Origin: Planctomycetota bacterium
GTDB taxonomy: Bacteria; Planctomycetota; UBA11346
Assembly (NCBI GenBank): GCA_038231435.1
Contig: JBBRLJ010000021.1
Span: forward strand, 1 to 64,000
Length of the DNA: 64,000 nt
Reading direction: 5' to 3'
In this document: piece after piece, positions 60,923-64,000 of the stretch
Layout of the letters: each line of letters begins with the position of its first letter
Numbering within the stretch: position 1 is the first letter of the stretch
The notes under the pieces: model-generated
Database searches by the model: none
Seen by the model: only the letters and a program-made list of their open reading frames with translations
Told to the model about the DNA's origin: nothing
Position numbers and translations under genes: made by a program

Positions 60923-61283
60923 CTGTGCGCCATCCCCACATGCCCGGCGGACTGCCGGGTACCGAGCAACTCTCCACCCCGGCGGGTGAGGCGCAATCTC
61001 GCCAATCTGGAGTTTGGACAGCCTGTTGGGTCCGCACCACGCTCTCGCGTTTAGTCCCCTTGCTGACTCGCCTGATACGATCGGTCCCATGTAACCGAAA
61101 ATCAACGGGTCTGGGCGCTCGCGCGCGATAGGATGATTGCCAGGATTCTACGATCTTCGCTACGCGCTCCTCGACGACCGAAACCTGGCCCGTCCTCTTC
61201 GGGTTGGGCATCGTGGGATCGGAGTATTCAGAGACGATCACCCAGCGGCCACACCGTGGCCGCGCCAGCACACGGAGGCCGTC

Positions 61284-61721
61284 ATGGCTAGCAAAGCCAA
61301 CGCCAACGCCAAGAAGGCCATCGCCAAGAACCCGGCCAAACGTGCGGCGCCAGCGAAGCGGGTGCCCCGCCCCCGTCGTGCTGGAGACCCAGGCGATACT
61401 GCGGACATCGCCGAGGAATATTCCCTGCAGGATCAACGCCGCGAGGCGCGCGATGATGAGGCCCCGTCAGACGCCAACGCCGACGAGGAACGCGAGGAGA
61501 TGACGACCGGAACGGTGCAGGATCAGCTGACCTACCAGGGGCTCGCCGAGAACCGAGAGAACAGCGGCGACCTCAAGCGCGCCGAGAAGGCCCGCGACGC
61601 CCTGGCCGATCGAACGGCGGCTGTTTCGCATCCCGGTTCCGATGCCGACAAGCGCGCCGCGCGTCGCCGCGCCAGCGACTTGGGCCAAAGCCGCAAGCAT
61701 AAGTCGCCGAAGCGCACCTGA
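61284..61721 (+). CDS. Hydrophilic low-complexity hypothetical protein
   Basis: RBS GGAGG; charged Ala/Lys/Arg/Asp/Glu-rich ORF. Confidence 0.6.
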   Translation: MASKANANAKKAIAKNPAKRAAPAKRVPRPRRAGDPGDTADIAEEYSLQDQRREARDDEAPSDANADEEREEMTTGTVQDQLTYQGLAENRENSGDLKRAEKARDALADRTAAVSHPGSDADKRAARRRASDLGQSRKHKSPKRT

Positions 61722-62028
61722 GCGAGCCTCCGATTATTGGAGGGGGCTTCGCCCCTTGGCCCCTTAGATCCGCAGCGCGAGCTGCCTCTATGAGCTGCGA
61801 TGCCTGGCGATGTCCGGCACCTCGTCCGTTCCCCCGTCCCCCCTTGGAGGTCTCTCATCGCGCCTGCGGGGGCAGCCTCACGCCATCGATGTGCAAGCCA
61901 GGCTGGAATCCCCGGTCGGTAGAGGGGCGCCCGCCTAAACCATAGCTGCCGTAGCGGCGAGGAGCCGTTTCCGTTCGCGCGACGGCTCATTCCGACTCCC
62001 GCAGCCCCGACAGAGGCGTCCCGCGCAC

Positions 62029-64000
62029 ATGCCATCCCTGTCACCATCCAATCGCCACCCCGCACTCGCGCCAACCATGACGCGCTTGCGCTGGTTCAGG
62101 CATTCGCTCGCGCCCGCCCATCCAGGCGGAGTGGACGGACGCGAGGGCCACCCGCTGCGGGCCGAGCTGCTCAGCGTCGACCAGCTGGTCAGCCACTTCA
62201 AGGCGCTGGCCCAGTGGCACCGGCCCGATGACACCTTGCGCGCAGACCCGCTGCTCGACCGCCTGGACGACAACGAGCGCGTGCTGCTCGGTGCCTACGA
62301 GCTGATCTCGGCCGCGGTCTCCAAGAAACGCCGCGTCGCTCCCGCGGCGGAGTGGCTGCTCGACAACTTCTACCTCATCGAGGAACAGATCCGCACGGCG
62401 CGGCGCCATTTCCCACGTTCGTATAGCCGCGAGCTGCCGAAGCTCTCCAACGGCCCACTCGCCGGGTACGCACGCGTCTACGTGCTGGCGTATGAGCTCA
62501 TCCTGCATGTCGATGGCCGCATCGACGCGGGGAGCCTGTCGGCGGCCATCGGCGCGTACCAGCAGATCGCACCGCTCCGGCTCGGCGAGCTGTGGGCGAT
62601 CCCGATCATGCTGCGTCTGGCGCTGATCGAGAATCTCCGCCGCGTCGGTGCCCGCATCGCCGCCGGCCGCGCCGAAGGCGACGAAGCCGACACCTGGGCG
62701 GATCGCCTGCTCGAACTCGCCGAGCACAAGCCGACCGAGCTGATCATCGGGCTGGCCGACCTGTCGCGCTCGATGGAGAGCCTGTCGAGCGCGTTCGTCG
62801 CCGACCTCACCAGGCGCCTCCAGGGACGCCATCCGTCGATGTCGCTGGTGCTCGGTTGGGTCGAGCAGCGGCTGGGCGAACACGGCGCGACCGTCGAGCA
62901 GCTGGTGCAGGCCGAGACCCAGGCCCAGGCCGCCGACCAAGTCTCGGTCGGCCATTCGATCGGCAGCCTGCGCTTCCTGGGCTCGATGGATTGGAGCGAG
63001 TTCGTCGAGAGCCAGAGCGTGGTCGAGCACGCGTTGGGCGGAGATCCCGCCGACGTGTACGCCGACATGGATTTCGCCACCCGCGACCGCTACCGCCACG
63101 TCGTCGAGCGTATCGCCAAGCGCAGCCGGTTCGACGAGCAGGCGGTGGCCACGCTGGCCATCTCGCACGCGGGACGCGGCGTGCCCGAAGGCCAGGACGC
63201 GCGCGTGCGGCACGTCGGCTGGTGGCTCATCGGCGACGGCCTGCGCCAGCTCGAATCCGCGGCGGGCATGCGGCCTAAGCTGCGCGTCCGCGTCGGACGG
63301 CTTCTTCTGGGCCACCCGCTCGCGGTCTACCTCACCGGCATCGGCGTGCCCACCGCCCTGGCGGCCTGGGCGGTGGGCGCATCAGCCCTGCGTTCGGCTT
63401 GGGAGCCGTGGACGCTCATCGGCCTCACCGTGCTCGCCGCGCTGTGCGCGTCGCAGGCGGCGATCGCGCTGGTGAACTGGGTCGTCGGCCTGACGGTGCC
63501 GCCCACGCTGATGCCGCGCCTCGATTTCGCCGCCGGCATACCGGTGGACCACCACGCCCTGGTAGTGGTTCCGTGCATGATCAGCGACGAGCACGCGATC
63601 GAGTCGATGCTCGATCAGCTCGAGGTGCGCTATGTCGCCAACCGCGATCCCAACCTGTACTTCGCGCTGCTCACCGATTTCACCGACGCGCGCGCCGAGC
63701 ACATGCCGGACGACGCGCGGTTGGTGGCGCGGGTGAAGGAGGGGATCGTCGCGCTCAACGACAAGTACGCCGCAACCGACCGCCCGTTCGTCTTCCAGCT
63801 GTTCCACCGGCCGCGTCTGTGGAATCCCGTCGAAGGCAAGTGGATGGGCCGGGAGCGCAAGCGCGGAAAGATCGCCGATCTCAACCATGCGCTGCGCGCC
63901 GAAGCGCGAGCCGAGGTACCAGACGGGTTCAGCGAATTCATCGGCGACCTGTCAGCGCTGCGGCGGGTGAAGTACGTCATCACCCTCGATGCCGACACCC
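62029..64000 (+). CDS. Cyclic beta-1,2-glucan synthase (NdvB/ChvB/Cgs-like), 5' part; runs off the window and is absent from the ORF track
   Basis: Translated by hand: PLRAELLSVDQL, PAAEWLLDNFYLIEEQI, GELWAIPIMLRLALIENLRR, MDFATRDRYRH, WMGRERKRGK, YVITLDADT. Confidence 0.92.
   Translation, partial: MPSLSPSNRHPALAPTMTRLRWFRHSLAPAHPGGVDGREGHPLRAELLSVDQLVSHFKALAQWHRPDDTLRADPLLDRLDDNERVLLGAYELISAAVSKKRRVAPAAEWLLDNFYLIEEQIRTARRHFPRSYSRELPKLSNGPLAGYARVYVLAYELILHVDGRIDAGSLSAAIGAYQQIAPLRLGELWAIPIMLRLALIENLRRVGARIAAGRAEGDEADTWADRLLELAEHKPTELIIGLADLSRSMESLSSAFVADLTRRLQGRHPSMSLVLGWVEQRLGEHGATVEQLVQAETQAQAADQVSVGHSIGSLRFLGSMDWSEFVESQSVVEHALGGDPADVYADMDFATRDRYRHVVERIAKRSRFDEQAVATLAISHAGRGVPEGQDARVRHVGWWLIGDGLRQLESAAGMRPKLRVRVGRLLLGHPLAVYLTGIGVPTALAAWAVGASALRSAWEPWTLIGLTVLAALCASQAAIALVNWVVGLTVPPTLMPRLDFAAGIPVDHHALVVVPCMISDEHAIESMLDQLEVRYVANRDPNLYFALLTDFTDARAEHMPDDARLVARVKEGIVALNDKYAATDRPFVFQLFHRPRLWNPVEGKWMGRERKRGKIADLNHALRAEARAEVPDGFSEFIGDLSALRRVKYVITLDADT

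Overview
GC-rich bacterial chromosomal window, most consistent with a Planctomycetota genome (inference from the groEL-groES-groEL arrangement, the nfeD/floA cluster, a TPR Ser/Thr kinase and a DUF1570-like peptidase). Housekeeping genes include groEL x2, groES, smpB, purA, uppS, dapF, apt, a cysteine desulfurase and tRNA-Arg(CCT). Accessory blocks are a secreted esterase-Ig-CBM-PA14 protein with a Cys-containing C-terminal anchor; a FadR-controlled acid-sugar cluster (lactonase, SDR, split atypical transketolase, two enolase-superfamily enzymes); a glycosidase next to two ABC exporters; and a 52-64 kb stress/osmotic island (GT4, glf remnant, DUF1328, AI-2E, LEA-like and BON proteins, AlgB-like sigma-54 activator, cyclic beta-1,2-glucan synthase). 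The main non-obvious signals are: (1) a ~140-nt multi-hairpin repeat, tandem at 1-254 and diverged at 55.76-55.90 kb, whose stems show compensatory changes and which lies just downstream of stop codons in the same relative orientation; (2) three sigma-54 promoters in the stress island, each with a TGC-N5-GCAG box 120-121 bp upstream; (3) a structured ~200-nt intergenic segment ending in an intrinsic terminator at 51.6-51.8 kb. All calls come from reading the sequence; no database searches were run.
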